A stretch of DNA of 64,000 nt from Eledone cirrhosa (GCA_964016885.1 OZ024755.1:9672001-9736000), one strand, 5' to 3'. Numbered from the stretch's first letter, positions 13,320 through 26,480 are shown. Program-made: numbers and translations. Notes: generated by a model from the sequence alone, not told the origin.

Positions 13320-13590
13320 TCTGTGGTGGAGGGAGGAATCACTGGAATTGTAGCCGAACGGAGTAAACTTCTAGAATGCCATGATTTATCGGTAAATCAC
13401 ATATTCAATGTGACATTAGATACGTTCGCTATCAACTGGGTCCCTGACAACGAAATTTTTGTTATTGTTGGTGGCTCGCCTTACTGAAGTATCTACTCTT
13501 GGAGAGTGTACTTCGTTATTCCTAAACATTAGCCAAGCTATCGCCCATGGCAATGATGTGAGTGTCTTGGCATGTCTCAAAAATGTTTAA
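13320..13590 (+). mobile_element. Second, more decayed CRE remnant of the 11851 family
   Basis: Shares ggctcgccttac and gagtgtcttggcatgtctcaaaaat with the 11851 copy; AERSKLL..HDLSVNHIF remnant. Confidence 0.65.
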
Positions 13591-13665
13591 TGGGGGCACA
13601 GATATTCTCTTGTTGAGTATTTTTTTTATTTTTTATTCTCTGATTAATTTCTATTGATTTATTTC

Positions 13666-14029
13666 CTGCACACTAAAAATAAATTTAATTTCTTGAATTT
13701 TAGTAATGAGAATGACGTGGTGAAGAGTGATGTGACACTCAGAAAGAAAAATAATGAATGAGATGGTTAGGTAATGTGCTGGGTGAGAGGAATAGAGCCA
13801 GTGATGAATATTGTGAAGAGAGAGAGAGATTGTCATTGACGTACTTAATCGTAAACATTATATAGATTCTCTCTCTCTTCACAATATTCATCACTGGCTC
13901 TATTCCTCTCACCCAGCACATTACCTAACCATCTCATTCATTATTTTTCTTTCCGAGTGTCACATCACTCTTCACCACACCATTCTCATTACTAAAATTA
14001 AAGAAATTAAATTTATTTTCAGTGTTCAG
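13666..14029. repeat. Long inverted repeat (arms ~13666-13827 and ~13868-14029, 40-nt spacer)
   Basis: Arms are reverse complements with about 6 mismatches in ~162 bp. Confidence 0.95.
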
Positions 14030-14040
14030 ATGTCACATAT

Positions 14041-14118
14041 ATGATGGAACAGTATACAATTCTTGGAAATATTGGTGAAGGGGCTCATGGAATTGTTTTT
14101 AAAGCTAAATATAAGCAG
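14041..14118 (+). CDS. CDK20: Cyclin-dependent kinase 20 (CCRK), coding exon 1
   Basis: MMEQYTILGNIGEGAHGIVFKAKYKQ; GEGAHG is the CDK20 glycine loop. Confidence 0.96.
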
Positions 14119-14647
14119 GTAAGGTTTATCAATATAGTTATTTAATATACTGTGGGTCCCCACATTTTACACTGTTTAAATTAGTTCAGTTTTGAACTTT
14201 TGTGGTCAGAAACATTTTTTTTTTTCAAATGAATAAAAGCTGTAAAATTCTTAACATCCTGTTCCACATGAAGTCACATTACCTAACATAAGGGAGAAAA
14301 CGGTAACCTCCTTCCACTATCATTCTTTTTCTGATTTTTTTCAACCTTATTTTAAACTGTATATTTACTAAAAAAACCTTCCATTATAATTTTATGTCAG
14401 AACCTTTGTTAAGTAATGGTCCAAACATCAGCTTAATAACAAGAAAGTTATATTACTTAATCTATCGAAATTCTTGATTATTTTCAACTGAAATTCCTAG
14501 ACAGCATATTTCATTAGATATATGGTAATGAAAAAGTTAATTGCAAACATATGTTGAGATGTTCTTCTTGGTTCGTTATATTTTTAATGTGAAGTTATAA
14601 TCTAGAAATGTTTGGAATAAAAATGAAAATTTCTGTTTATTTTTTAG

Positions 14648-14721
14648 AATGGTCAAACTGTTGCATTGAAGAAAGTCAGGTTAAAAAAATTGGAAGATGG
14701 AATCCCAAGCACAGCCATTAG
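14648..14721 (+). CDS. CDK20: CDK20 exon 2
   Basis: NGQTVALKKVRLKKLEDGIPSTAIR. Confidence 0.95.
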
Positions 14722-15295
14722 GTAATTTTTATGAAGGGAACATTATCATCCTTCTACATTTGCTTTTCTATGCTTGTATAGGTTGGCTGGGTCTTTCCCA
14801 ACACAGCTTCTCTCCACTGGTTGTGTTCCTTCATCATATCCTCTGTAAGGCTTAGTGATTTATGACCAGGTCTCACCACTTCAGTTCATGTTTTCTTCTA
14901 CTGCATATTCTTTCCACTGGGATTGCTCGACACTTCTTCACGCAATGATCATCATCTTTGCACATACCAGGCCTCCATCTTACCTCAGGATCAGAGGCTT
15001 TGCTTCAGTATTGACCAGTCTGTGATGATATGTTCAGCCCTTGCTATTAGGGAAAACAGATGGATGTTGATGATGATGTCCTTCTGAACTATGTAAAGTG
15101 TTTAGGATCCAAGTGTTTCATGTTAACCCTTTTAATACCAAACAGCTTGATTAACTTTGAAAAGTGGTTTCACATAAAACTCTAGGTCTAAAGATTATTG
15201 CCTTCAGTTTCAATTACTTTTAATTTTTTTTGAACCTAGCTTCATACTTGACTTATAGAAGTAAAATTCCTTTTTATTTTCTGTTCATCTTTCAG

Positions 15296-15335
15296 GGAGA
15301 TAAAGGCACTACAACAGATAGAAGAAAATCCATAT
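15296..15335 (+). CDS. CDK20: CDK20 exon 3
   Basis: EIKALQQIEENPY. Confidence 0.93.
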
Positions 15336-15672
15336 GTAAGTTATATATATATTGATAAATCTTAATTTTATTTCAAATCTCTTTGAGTAAAATATTTTAT
15401 AATCATCATAATCATCATCATTTAATGTCTATTTCCCATGCTAGCATGGGTTGAACAGGTTGTTATGGTCTAAGGCTACACAACAGAATGGTGGGGAAGG
15501 GGGCATGGCTTGCTCATACATTCCATATTTGGCATGGTTTCTACAGTTTCATGCCCTTCTTAATGTCATCATTATCATCATTTAATGTTGGTTTTTCCCT
15601 GTTAGCATACATGTTTTTAGCAAAATAAATCTATAATCTATAAAGAATATAGGAATTTATTTTACATTTCAG

Positions 15673-15861
15673 GTGGTCAGACTTTTAGATGTGTTTCCTC
15701 ACGGTGCTGGATTTGTATTGGTTTTTGAGTATATGTTATCAGATCTGTGGGAGGTGATCCATGATTCCGAGCACCCCCTCACAGAGTCTCAGTTGAAATC
15801 ATATCTACTTATGCTGCTCAAAGGTGTGGCATTTTGTCACAAGAACAATATTATGCATCGC
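15673..15861 (+). CDS. CDK20: CDK20 exon 4
   Basis: VVRLLDVFPHGAGFVLVFEYMLSDL...LLKGVAFCHKNNIMHR. Confidence 0.96.
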
Positions 15862-16137
15862 GTAAGTTTATTTCTTTCAACCGAACATTGTCTTACTTTT
15901 CTCAAATGTCTGTATGGGTCCTTAACTACTGAGGGAGTTGTAGGGGCATACGGCATATCTTGGGCATTTTTTAAACCTGGCAGAGCACATCTCCTCTCCA
16001 GGTCTGAATACAGCAGATTTCTTCTAGAGAAGGATAGAGAGTGAGAGAATGGAAGTGAGAAAGAGACACAAAAGAACTGACCCCAGTACTAGACTGGTAC
16101 TTTTTCATTATAGATAATAAACATTTGTTTCTTGCAG

Positions 16138-16259
16138 GATTTAAAACCTGCTAATTTGTTGATCAGTTCCACTGGACATTTGAAGATTGCTGATTTTGGA
16201 CTGGCCAGAGTTTTCCAGAACAATAGTAACTGTGAATATAGCCACCAGGTGGCTACAAG
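16138..16259 (+). CDS. CDK20: CDK20 exon 5
   Basis: [41 protein letters not shown]. Confidence 0.96.
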
Positions 16260-16789
16260 GTAATGTTGACATTTTATGGGAAAAAGCTAAATTTACTGTT
16301 CTACGACATCTACTTTGGTCACCCCACTACCTTTTATATATCTCCATGGTACTACAGGAAGAAAATATAATACAGTAACAACAAAGGTTTAAATCTCTAT
16401 ATATAAAACACAATGTCTGTTGTCCTGGCTGTCAAAAAATATCTTGGGCCAAGAGCAATGTTATTAAGGTCATATCCACTGAAAGTTTTAGTTATTGATT
16501 TTACAATTTTGAGACAAAAGAAATGCTCCTGTGGCATTGTTCCTGATGAGAATATTAAGATAATGGATCCAGAAAATTTCTAAAAACTAAACGGAAAGGA
16601 GTTGATTGTCAGATCAGACCAAGAAAACTGTTTCCCTTAACCTTTCTCTGTTTTCCAGGAAAAAAAAGACCTTGTGAAAGTTTCAGAGGTCAGATTAGTT
16701 GATAGTACACAAAAAAAAAATGAGGAAAAATAATTATCTCCTGCTGATATCATGAGGAGTAATCTATAAATTTACCATTGTTTTTATAG

Positions 16790-16852
16790 GTGGTACAGAG
16801 CTCCAGAACTTTTGTATGGAGCAAGGAAATATGATGAAGGTGTTGACTTATG
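16790..16852 (+). CDS. CDK20: CDK20 exon 6
   Basis: WYRAPELLYGARKYDEGVDLW. Confidence 0.96.
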
Positions 16853-17523
16853 GTAAATATATTTGCTTTATCAGAATATGACATTATACTTAACTAAACG
16901 TTGTTGTTGTGGTTGGACTTCTGTTGATTTCAACAGTGAATGTTTCTATGGAACAGCCTGCTCATGAAATTAATGTACCAGTGGTTGAGTATTCCACAGC
17001 CACATACACTCTTAATGTAGTCCTCAGGGAGAGTCAGTGTGACAAGGCTGGCCCTTTAAATCACAGATATAACTCATTTTGCTGGCTGAGGGGACTGGAT
17101 CAATGTGAAATAAAATGTCTTGACACAATATATCGCCAGGAATCGAACTCACAACCTTACAACTGTGTCAAACACCCTAACTTTTAAGCCACACACTTTC
17201 AGAACTAAACTTTATTAGTACATTCTTTTATGAATGAAATAAGTAATACTGTGTCAACATGTCTCTTGACCAAACTGTAAAGAAAACAACAATATATGTG
17301 TATGTGTGTATGTATGTATTTAAGTATGTGTGTGTGTATATGCCTGCATGTGTGTGAATCAATGTGTTTATGTATATATATATATATATATGTGTGTGAG
17401 TGTGTGTATACTATAGTCTCCTTATGTCTTCCATTGTTTAAATGTTTTGATAATTTCAATACCCTATTTTCAGTTATCTTGTGATACTGTTTGATAATAA
17501 ACCCCTTTTTATTTCATTTTCAG

Positions 17524-17575
17524 GGCTGTGGGCTGTATTTTTGGTGAGCTGCTGAACAATTCCCCTCTTTTTCCA
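17524..17575 (+). CDS. CDK20: CDK20 exon 7
   Basis: AVGCIFGELLNNSPLFP. Confidence 0.95.
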
Positions 17576-17596
17576 GTATGGTTAATTATATAATTG

Positions 17597-17719
17597 TATT
17601 CATCATCAACATCATTACCAGCAGCATCATTATCACCCCATCATCACCATTATCATCGCCATCAACACCACCGACATCATTACCACCAACAGCCTAATCA
17701 CCATGTCCCCCATCAACAG

Positions 17720-17754
<35 letters not shown>

Positions 17755-17790
17755 CCAACACCATCGCCAACACTAGCAACAGCACCATCT
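17597..17790. repeat. Compound CAT/CAC/CAA trinucleotide microsatellite (intronic)
   Basis: Direct reading; it produces the spurious poly-His ORF. Confidence 0.9.
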
Positions 17791-17990
17791 TAATGACCAA
17801 TATACACTGTTGATATATTCTGTTTAGCTACAATTATTTTCATTGATTGTTCTTGTTAATTAATTATATTAATTCGTAAATTAATTAAATTAATTAAGCG
17901 AAAATCTAATCTTAGAATCTTTTCCCTCAGCTAAATAATGAGAACATATCTAAAACTAATAAAATATTGTTTTTATGAAACATTGTGAAA

Positions 17991-18250
17991 TATAAGACAG
18001 TACAGTGCAAGTTAGAAATACATGAGTGAAAACTGGAGTAAAGTAAGTAAAACAAAACAACAGTTTACACTTTTACCTTATATTTCAGATGTTTCGGGGT
18101 TAAGACCCTATTTTTTCACAAGAAAGGAAATGGAATTTGATGTTGATTATTTTCTTTTGAAAAAGGTATCTTAACTCATGAAAGGTAAAAATGTAAACTG
18201 TTGTATTGTTTTGTTTTTCTTCACTCTTGTATTGTACTGTCTTTCTTATA
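17991..18250. mobile_element. Foldback/MITE-like element; relative at 41938-42105
   Basis: agacagtacagtgcaag ... cttgtattgtactgtct ends; internal acagtttacacttttacct / aggtaaaaatgtaaactgt. Confidence 0.65.
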
Positions 18251-18321
18251 ACAGCCCCAACTACATAATTCAATGTTTTTATATTTATATAAATTTACCC
18301 TTTTTTCTCTCTTCTATTTAG

Positions 18322-18393
18322 GGTGATAATGATATTGAGCAGCTGTGTTGTGTATTGAGAGTTTTGGGAACACCAACTGAGAAAACATGGCCA
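18322..18393 (+). CDS. CDK20: CDK20 exon 8
   Basis: GDNDIEQLCCVLRVLGTPTEKTWP. Confidence 0.95.
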
Positions 18394-18780
18394 GTAATCA
18401 TTATTAAATTTTTGTTCTACAATATTTTGTTCTGTACCTCTCAGTACAAGTCTCAGTAGAATTTAACTTGCATCATTAACCCTTCTGATACCAAACCACC
18501 TGAAACAGCCCAGAGTTCTATGATCCAAAATTGTCTATTTTGTCTGTTTTGATACCAACCAAGCCAAAACCAGCTCTGGTTCTATGTAGCAAAACCACTT
18601 ATTTTAAAAGATTCATATTTATATTAAAATCTTCAAACATAATTTTATTTAAGAAATGTGATCACAAAAGGTTTAAAGTTTCTATATTTATCTTTAAATC
18701 TTTCATCAGAAATTAAATTTTCTCTGATTAATTATTTATTATATTTTTATAATTGTTTTTTCTTTCTTTAAAAATTGAAG

Positions 18781-18936
18781 GGGATGTCAGAATTACCTGA
18801 TTTCAAGAAGATTACATTCCCAGAAAATCCTGCAATTCCGATCAAAGAAATAGTTCCAGATGCCTCAGCTTGTGCCTCGGACTTACTTGAAAAGTTCCTT
18901 ATGTATCCCTCCAAAGAAAGGATAGCAGCCAAAAAG
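18781..18936 (+). CDS. CDK20: CDK20 exon 9
   Basis: GMSELPDFKKITFPENPAIPIKEIVPDASACASDLLEKFLMYPSKERIAAKK. Confidence 0.95.
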
Positions 18937-19452
18937 GTACATTCATAACACTCTGTTATGGTTTTTTTTAACTGTATATTAATACAGCAGTCCCCAACCT
19001 TTTTATAGCATGGACTAATGGCATGCAAGACAATTTTTCCTTGGACTGAGGAGGGGGTGATTTCGATGTCGGTCACATGCGTAACAAAACACAATAAACA
19101 CTAAAGTAGTACTTCTTCACCCACTTGTTCCTGAGAGGGTTGAGTGGGACAGAGTCCTCAAACACTCCTTCCAACGGGTCCTGTCAGAAGCAACCGTCTC
19201 CAACTAATCTGGCTAGATCCTCAAGCAAAACCAGATAAGCCCATGGATGTTATTCAACCATCTTGCTCAGGGTCTACCCATGGGTCTCCTGCCAGTTGGT
19301 TTTGCCCGTAAAATATGTCCAGCAATTTAAACTCAGAACATAAAGAGCTGTAACTAAATGCTGCAATGCCTTTTATCTGATGCTCTAATGATTTTGCAAA
19401 TCCATCGCCCTCTGTGAAATTCTGTATATACCTTTGATTTCTTCTTTTGCAG

Positions 19453-19632
19453 GCTTTACTTCATCCTTACTTTTTCAGTGTTCCCCTTCCTTGTCATCAT
19501 TCAGATCTACCAGTGCCTTACAGGGGTTGGCAGGTGAGACGAAGACAACAAACACATGACTACAATCCAGATATTCCTTTGGAAAAATCTCTTATCTCTC
19601 TCGACGCATTATCTGTTTTTATGGATCAATAA
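19453..19632 (+). CDS. CDK20: CDK20 exon 10 (last coding exon)
   Basis: ALLHPYFFSVPLPCHHSDLPVP...MDQ*; joined CDS 1026 nt. Confidence 0.95.
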   Translation, partial: ALLHPYFFSVPLPCHHSDLPVPYRGWQVRRRQQTHDYNPDIPLEKSLISLDALSVFMDQ

Positions 19633-22600
19633 TAGACTCTTATAGAAATAGTGGACATTCTTAATATGTATAATCCATATTATAATGGCTATACACATTT
19701 TTGTCTGCCTGTCACAGATAGTATCTGACAGAAATATCACTGCTTTTCTGGTGACAGGAGGGTAAGGTTTGAACCCAGAGAGTCGGATCAGATGCCATTC
19801 TACACCTTAACAATTTCACCAACCACCTACCCTTGGATTTAAAAGGAAAAATTGACTTGCAGCAGGACTTGAAGTCAGAGCCAGGCATTTAATCTGACAG
19901 TCAAATGACTGCCAATTCACTATATCAATAGAATAAAAACCAAAAATGCTGTTATGTTAGAATACTTACAAGAAGAAGAGTGTCAGTGAAACTGGAGTGT
20001 CCTATGTATGCTGCATGTATGAGAAGTGCCATGATTTAGTGTAGTGAGACATATATGATGAATGTGGAGTTACAATAAGAGGTTTGCTGTATGTCCCTGT
20101 AAATATTTCTCTAAAGTTACTCAAACATTATTTAATCCTGTATGTCATTTATGTAATTATATTCTAGAAATAAATTATTTAAATATCATCTTATCTTTAA
20201 TCATTTCCATGTGTCAGTATTCAATATGAACTATAGGGTTTCTCTAATATAAATCATTAATTCATCAAAACTCAAATTTCCTAGTTTGTATAATTGTCCA
20301 TATATTCAGTAATCCTGGTATATATATGGTATACCAATCTTTATCTTAATTAACTAAATTTACAGGGAAAGATGAACACTTTAAAACATTAAAATTGCAA
20401 TATTAACCATCTTTATTACAGATTGTTATAAAATGGAAAAATATAATAAAACAAAAAAAAAACATTTTACACTTACTAATTGTATAACTGATTTTCTGTG
20501 TTAATATATATATAAACAAAATAATAAAACAACCAAAAATATTGAGATACTTGAATTCAATGAAGTGACATGAATGAGTTAAGCATTTTTTAAAAAAGAA
20601 CTTTATCTTCATATTGAATTAGTTTTTAAGTTCATATTGAATTAGTTTTTAAGTTCAAGAATAAAAGAAATGAGTGTATTACAAATTATTACTTTTGGAA
20701 TATTTTGAGCAAAGAATTCTGAGCTTTCAATGGAAATAATAATATAATTATTTCATGGCAACATTCCCTCTATTTTGATCAACAAGACAGTTTGCTTGTA
20801 AAATTAACGTGCAAGTGGCTGAGTATTGAACCTTCATTGGTTCTGATGATGAATGTTCCAGATATTTCAATCAACAAAATAACCTGCTCATAAAATTAAA
20901 ATGTTAAGTGGCTGAGTATTCCACAGACATATGTATGCCCTAAAATATTTGTTGAATCTCCAACAATTCTGACAAGTGTTCCAGTTGATTCAATCAACAG
21001 AACAGCCTGCTTGTGAAATGAATATGTAAGTAACTGGGTTAACATTTCACAGACACGTGTACCCTTAATATAGTTCTCAGAGAAATTTAACATGTCATAA
21101 TATGACAAGGTTGGCTCTTTGAATTACAGGTACAACTTTTTTTTTTTTCCAGCTGAATAAACTGGATTGCCCAAGAGAACAATGTGCTTACCACTAAGCC
21201 ATGCACTTTCACTATAAAATAAAATAAAATAAACACTGCTAAATGACAAGTTTTTGTGAATAAAATATTTTTCCAAGGATGCCCTGTAAGTTTTGTGACT
21301 GAAGACACTACAGTAGCAGTAAAATATTGGTAGGTTAAGTTAGATAAACTTGAATATTTCAAAACAAGTAATAAGTATATCAGTTGAAAAAATGTCATGT
21401 TTTTTTATTTGCTTGTTTTGTCTCTCTGAAGTGTAAAACCTCAGGTGGATGTTGCCCTATGGTCCCAGTGGACAAGATTTAAAAGGTGTTACCCCAATGG
21501 TTAGCAAAGGTGATATGCTGAAAGAGCCAGTCTAACTTGCAGAGCTGGTAATGGAAGTTACTTTCTTTAAAAAATTCAATAATATATAACAAGGTTTCTT
21601 CAATATGATCAAATTATTTTGAATTGCTTGATTAGCAACCAAAGTTACAAAGATGGGCCAAGAAAAGTTTAATTATTCTAATAACCTCCACACCATCCAG
21701 GACTGCATCAGTGGGGTAGTGATGTTGGGTGTTCTTCAGAAGAAAAATGTATATTATATATTTACTTGTAGGCCATTGTAATTTAACTTCGGCTGGATTT
21801 GAACTCATAAAAACAATGTCCCAAATAATAAATTATGAAATAAGCAATAAAAAATAAAAAAATATTTGAAATACGGCAGATAAGAAAACCAGTTTATGAA
21901 ATAACCCTAAAATGGGGTAAGCTTGACTTACATTTATATAAGTCATTGTCCTGAGCTTATTTACCAAACATATTTGTATATTTACACTGCAAAATGTCTA
22001 TACGAGGTGAAAGAGATCGGATGAAGGGAGATAATTGGAAGACGAAATGTTCAGATTTTGTTGATAAGAATACAGAAATTAATAAAAAACAAAAATTGAA
22101 ATTAAATATATTGCTGCTTTATATATGAAAATAAATGTTATAAAAACCTTCCCAGTCAGATAGTGAATAATAGTATATATGGTTTTGTGACCGTTTGTTT
22201 TTAGTTTCTGAATAAAATGCAAACACACACACACAACTTTCAATTTTATATGTGGATATAACATTGATAACTTGGATAGGTTTCGGCCAGTATTGGCTCA
22301 GGCCATGCCTAACATTATAGCTGTATAAGCATGGAAGAGCTGAACATAAGAAGAATTGTATTATGTAATAAAATTGCGCCGGTTTCAGATATGTAATGTG
22401 ATGGATGATGATTGTTGAGTGAAGAAGGGCCAAGAGTTCCAAGTGGAAAGGAGTTGGGGAAGAGGAAGGCCAATAAAGATGTGGGCAGAAGTGGTTAAAC
22501 TACATCTCACATAGGAAAGAATCAATTGGAGAGATGTTGTATGGAGAACGCCTCTAACCCATACAAGCATATATATATATATATATATATTGTGTTTGTT

Positions 22601-23059
22601 GGGAAGGGCATCTAACAGTAGAAATCTTGCTGAACATGGAATATACGAACAAAATATAGTCCCTTCAAACTCTTTAATGTCGGATTACGACAAGCATGGA
22701 AAGCAAACATAAATTGATGATGATGATGTGTGTGTGTGTGTGTGTGTACATACATACACTTTCTGCTTAGAATTGGAAAGGTCTAAATATAAAAAACTGT
22801 GCTAGAGACAAAATAGAAAGAAGATTGCTGTGGTATGGCCATAGGGTAACGAAATGCAAGGAGTTCCAAGTAGAAAGAAGTTGCAGTAGAGGAGGGTAAA
22901 GGAAAACCTCAAACCTTTTAGAAGGGATGACAAAAGTAATGCAAAACCCAAACATAAAGAAACAGATGTAAAAAAAGATGTTGATGATGATAATGATGAT
23001 ATAAACATGCATTCTTGTCTGCTCAGAATTGGAAAGGTGAGAATAATTCGGCTCTTTTC

Positions 23060-23520
23060 ATAAAAGTCTCGGCTCAAATGTTGAGTGATTAACCTAACTA
23101 TGTGTAAAGGGGACCTGGAAGCTTTCAACATAGAGAAAGGCTCAACTAATTTAGAATACTGGAGAACTGCTGCCTGATGAGAGAGAGAGAAGAGTCCACT
23201 TCTAAGTAGGTCACCTGTTACCTAGGTGACCTAATTAGTAATGGAGTAGGTTGTTCTGAAAGCATAGTAGCTAGAATAAGAACAAGCTGGAAGAAGTTCA
23301 GGGAGCTACTACCTTTGTTGACAATAAATAATACCTGCCTGAGAAGTGCAATGTTGCATGACGGTGAAAGCAGATGAATAAAGGCTGGTGAGAAATGAAA
23401 TGAGCATGCTTCATTGGATGTGTAATGTTAATGTGTATGAACAATGAAGCATGAATGAACTGAGAGAAAAACTGCGCATTAGAGGAAAAAGATACAGCAT
23501 GTAGGAGATAAGATTACACT
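23060..23520 (+). mobile_element. Decayed RTE-clade LINE fragment
   Basis: gctagaataagaacaagctggaagaagttcagggagctact and gaaatgagcatgcttcattggatgtgtaatg, homologous to 39183-39712. Confidence 0.7.
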
Positions 23521-24198
23521 GGTGTTTTTTTTCCTGGAGTTGGAGGTGGTGGAATTTCTGTCATGTGACCTCTGAAAATAGTGAGGAAATGTGTAGTGGA
23601 GTCATTAGGAGAATGCATAAAATATATCAATTTAGAAGCAATTAAAAGGGTTGACACTAAGAAAGGCATCCAGCTATAAAACATTGCTTCTAAAAGGACC
23701 TCATGATGAATATGAAGCCTATCAAAGGGGCCTGCAAGGCTAACCCTTACTTTATTTTGTGGGGAAATGGTCATTAAAATGCTTGTTGTATTGGTATCAA
23801 CTTATATATAAATATATAAGTTGATTATGTTGTAGAAAATTTCAGATTGGATAAAAATGTAAAAATGTTGAGTTGAAATTCAAGAGAACCATTTAGAAAT
23901 AGGAGATTCAAGTTACATAGAAAATGATAACTATGTTGACTGTTTTCTAAATCCTAGCATGAGAGATGATAAAATACACATAAAAAAAAAACATTGATAA
24001 AAGGCTGAATTATAATAATTTTACAATTTAGGGCTGAGTTTTAAATATTTCTAGAAAAATTATTTAACAGAATATTAATTCTAATCCAGGTAATCTATCT
24101 TGTTTACAACAATATTACCTCTTTTTAATTATTTATAATAATAATAAATTTGCTGGATATTAATTAAAACTTTGAATTGCAAGATATTATGCTAAAAC

Positions 24199-24672
24199 TT
24201 AACTCTTAACATCCTGAAATGCATTTGTGAGTTTTATATTGAATAATAATATTTGATTTGTTTACAAGCAAACAACCTCATTATGCTATTATTATTATTT
24301 GATATAAAACTCATGAATGCATTTATGTATCCGCTATGTTAGAGCAGACAACCAAACCCTCAAATGATCAAGCAGAAAATGTCTTAAAAGGGGTTTGTTA
24401 ATTCAAATGATTTTAGTATCTTTATTACTGGACAGGAGATGGGCTGTGCCAGGTTTTAAAATGCCCTGGAAATGCCGTATATCAATATGGCACTCCTATG
24501 ACTCTACCAGGAGTTACGAGACTAACAGAACAGATTACGGAGAAGATCTTCGTGTAAATATCCAGTAAACTAAAGAGTAATTTTTAATGTAGTGCCACCA
24601 TAGTGCTGTTCTGTACTTTTCAAGAATGTCATATTAATGTGGTTTCGTGCGGTACAGGATGTTAAGAGTTAA
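24199..24672. mobile_element. piggyBac-like MITE (TTAA TSD, TIR ctcttaacatcctg)
   Basis: ttaa-ctcttaacatcctg ... caggatgttaagag-ttaa; shorter relatives at ~29225, 40717, 50770-51125 and 58544-58722. Confidence 0.75.
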
Positions 24673-25946
24673 AAATCTAATTAATGTTACTTTAAAATGT
24701 TCAAAAAAGTCATCCAACATATAAAGCTTTTTAATAATTATATTATCCCTGTAAAGCATAGATATAGAGCTACATGTGGCTCTTTAGCCTATCACAAGTG
24801 GCTCTTAGGCACTCTGAAATTAAAACAAAATTTATATTACAATAAAAGCCACAATTTATAACCTGACTGAAATGATTTCAGATAAAATTTATATTATTTA
24901 ATATGTATTTTTTTAAAAATAAAAATGTTATACAGATTCAATAATCTCAATTATTTTTGTTATGAATTTTTTTTAAAGATAAAAAAATTGTTAACCCCGG
25001 GTAAAGAGGAATTAGTTAATATATATCCTGATGTACACAGCAACATCACATTAAGTAACAGCTATCTCTCTCATTGGTTTCTTCATTTTTTTTTTTACTT
25101 ATTCACAAGTAGTTGTTGATAGAAACCAATGTATCTCAATATGTAATGAACCATTAAACATGTTAAATCTACCATTATATTTGTAAAAACATGTTAAATC
25201 TACTAGTATATTTGTAAAAACATGTTAAATCTACTAGTATATTTGTTAAAACCATTAATTAAACCACTGAATCAGTTAAACCATTAAGTCTGTTAAAACT
25301 ACCACGTAATGCAAAAAACTGAACAGAAACAAATTGAAATCATACAATGTAAACCATGAATAATATATCATGGAGACTGAGAATTAAGTTTGTTCACCAG
25401 TAATACACTGGAGCTTGTGTTATTTTGAAATTGAAGTAAAAAAAAAACGTTTTATATGGTGTTAAATAGAAATAAAGATTTGAGAGAGTATTAGTATTAA
25501 ATCACTTGGTAATTTTTTTTCTTTTAAAATACAAATTTTTTGAAAAGAAAATGAAAATGTTATGCCAAAAAAAGAAGACATTTTAAAAATAAGGTTTATA
25601 AAAATAAAATCTATAAATACTTTTGCGTAAAAAAATCAGCAATGTTTTAAAGCCCAAACAATTATGTAGACGGAATTTTGATAGAATAGTAGGCACAACC
25701 AATAATATTTTTTTTTTAAATCTATTAATCAGGCATAATAGAGAGCATTAACTAACCACTTTAGATTTAATGATTATAGAACAAATATAATCCTGTTTTA
25801 TATTGAAAATAAACATCAGAAGTAGAAATACTGAAGGTGTTGTTATATTTTACAAGTTTGCTTGACTTCAATATATCTACTTCTGAATTTAATTTTCATT
25901 ATGTTTAGTGAGATATATATAAATACATATATGTATGTATGTAAAC

Positions 25947-26008
<62 letters not shown>

Positions 26009-26480
26009 ATGCACATATGCCAAAGTAAGTTTTATGCTACTGAGCAAAAAAAAAAACTACTTCAGACAGAAAAAATGTGGATAATCACCTGTTTGATTTA
26101 AGCACAACTACTTTATAGTGATAAATCATGTGTTGTGTTTCTTTGCTGGGTATCATAAAATTTACTTTGAAATTTGAATCTCCCACACGCTTTGTAGATT
26201 TTATTATATATATATATACATAAAATAATGTTAGTGGATGGAAAAATGAAAAAGCATTAAGAGCAACAAAGCAAAAAATCTATAAAATACTGATTTATAA
26301 TAAAAATTTCTATAGTTGACAACTAGTGTTCTTAATGCTTTCTATCGCATCATTTGTGACAGTAAGCCCACATACACACATACACGTATATTATACTAAA
26401 TCAGCTGATTTAGTATAATACTCATGTGTATATGATGGGTACTTGTGTATATAAATTGAGATTCTTGAAAATTGAACTAA

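Noticed and set aside
16237-16259. Ser instead of Thr in the CDK20 activation loop (YSHQVATR)
   Set aside because: Conservative and still phosphorylatable; as far as I recall it is common in non-mammalian CDK20.
16540-16580. CTGATGA motifs (also 23174 and 50119) as hammerhead ribozymes
   Set aside because: No correctly placed GAAA with supporting stems could be formed.
17594-17776. Poly-His ORF
   Set aside because: Intronic trinucleotide microsatellite.
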